Part shown: positions 62,542-64,000 of the stretch, piece after piece
Layout of the letters: every line of letters starts with the position of its first letter
How positions within the stretch are numbered: position 1 is the first letter of the stretch
DNA from: Scenedesmus sp. PABB004
Taxonomy: Eukaryota
Assembly (NCBI GenBank): GCA_014905635.1
Contig: JABVCE010000003.1
Span: 1,550,001 to 1,614,000, forward strand
Direction of reading: 5' to 3'
DNA length: 64,000 bases
Notes under the pieces: generated by a model
Told to the model about the DNA's origin: nothing
Databases searched by the model: none
Seen by the model: only the letters and a program-made list of their open reading frames with translations
Program-made: the position numbers and the translations under genes

Positions 62542-64000
62542 ATGCCGCGCTCAGGGCCGCGAGAGCGGCCGAGCGCGAGGATCACCTGCGCCTGCGGCCA
62601 CTCGCCGTGCCCGATGGAGGTCGCGCTCGAGCTTCTGGCTGGCGGCGAGGCCGCCGCAGAGAGCGGCGAGCCCGCCTGCTTCTGCTGCTCTTTCGCCCCG
62701 CTCGGCGATGACGTGGACCAGCTGTTCGAGTTCGTGGTTGAGTTCATGCACGGCCAGCCGCTGGGGCACGACCCGCTGGCGTTGGGGCGCACGCTGGCCG
62801 GCGGCGTGGCGGCGGCGCTGCGCCTGTTCACCGCGACCTGCACCAGCAAGCCGGGCGGCTGCACGGAGCTGTGCAACCCGCAGATGCTGGGAGCGGCGAT
62901 GCGGGTGGTCGCTGTTGCCTGTGAGGCGCTGACTCAGCTGATGCAGGGCACGGCGGACGCGCACAGCGGGCCCGACTGGCAGGCGTGGCTCGCCTCGGAC
63001 GCCGTCGCTGCAGGTGAGCGCGGCGGCGACTCCGCGGGCAGCTCGCGTGCGCGCGGTGCATGTTCAGTCGGCCCTGCCCCGCTGCCCCGCCGCGCCGCCG
63101 CCGCTCAGGCCTCATCCCAGCACTCGGCGCAGCGGCGCCCTGCCTGGCGGCCCTCATCCGCGCGGCTGGCGCGCAGCAGCAGGGTGGCGCCGCGGTGCCG
63201 CAGCAGGAGCTGCTCCACCCTGCGTCGCCACTGCGGCTGGTGCCGCTGGGCCCCGGCCTGCTTGCAGCGGTGTACGTGGCGGCCTTGTGGGGCATGGTGT
63301 CAATACTGCGGTGCAGCCTCAAACGCATGCCAGGCGTGCTCCCTGCCCTGCTCGGCTCGCTGGACAGGCTTCTGGCATCAACGCTGCCGCCAGTCGCAGA
63401 CCTGGTGCTGGCAGCGCTGCACGCGTGGGAGAGCAGGCCCAGCGGCAGCGGCGGCGGCGGCGGCGGTGGCGGCAGAAGGGCGCAGCGGGCCAGCCGGCGC
63501 GGCGCTGCGCGCTGGCCGCACGACCTGCCCGACACGGGCAGCGACTCGTGGGGCATTACGGTTGACGCGGCCGGGGGCGTCGGCCAGGCCACCTGCAGCT
63601 TTTTGAGCGAGCTGGCCAGCCCTGCGCTTGGCGTCGGCGCGGCAAGCGACTGTGCGCCAGGCCTGCCGCTCGCGCTGCTGCAGCAGCTGGCGTCCGCGCC
63701 CAGCGTGCTGGCGTGCGCGTGCGCCTTTCTCGGGATCGCCGCCCGAGCCCTGCACGTGCTCCAGCGCGGCATGGCTGGCTGGCCGGCGGGGGGCGGCGCC
63801 GGCGCGCTGGCGGTGCCGGCCTGGCACGATGAGCTGTTTGCCGCGCTGGGCCTGCCCGCGCTGATCCACATCACGCGCGTGAACAATGACAGCGGCTGCG
63901 AGGCGTTCAGGCAGCGCGGCATCAACGTGTTCGCGCTCAACGGCGTCACCACTGTGTTGCGCCTGACGGCGGCGGCAGCGGAGCAGCCAGGCGGCGCCGG
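62542..64000 (+). CDS. Diverged paralog of the histone-cluster MYND gene (5' part; runs off the window end)
   Basis: MPRSGPRERPSARITCACGHSPCPMEVALE...CFCCSFAPL; same first intron position; many substitutions relative to 15675-17150. Confidence 0.65.

Overview
Very GC-rich, intron-rich eukaryotic nuclear DNA from a chlorophyte green alga. A Sphaeropleales-like origin is inferred from codon usage, short GC-rich introns, TGTAA poly(A) signals, MGD1 plus BBS2 and histone 3' palindromes. The window is dominated by a ~17-kb palindrome (arms 13213-20633 and 22837-30244) with the order H2A<-H2B-> MYND-> <-H3 H4-> [H1 + gene fragment] <-H4 H3-> <-MYND <-H2B H2A->. A third H2A/H2B/MYND-paralog unit starts at ~60.6 kb. 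All 11 histone genes carry an identical 3' stem-loop followed 7-11 nt later by a conserved GGAA(A)G element, which is HDE-like and predicts a U7-like RNA. Other genes: an allophanate hydrolase amidase gene head-to-head with a stand-alone AH C-terminal-domain gene, an RLK/Pelle kinase, ZC3H15/TMA46, RPA43, a MUG/TDG glycosylase, a FAM120/Asteroid-like PIN protein, BBS2, MGD1, a four-repeat secreted protein, an ABC1 kinase with an inserted LysM domain, a cytochrome b5 (RLF-like) protein and several low-complexity hypotheticals. GC-AG introns are unusually frequent. Gene models were built by eye, so exon boundaries are approximate; most ORFs in the supplied track are GC-content artefacts.
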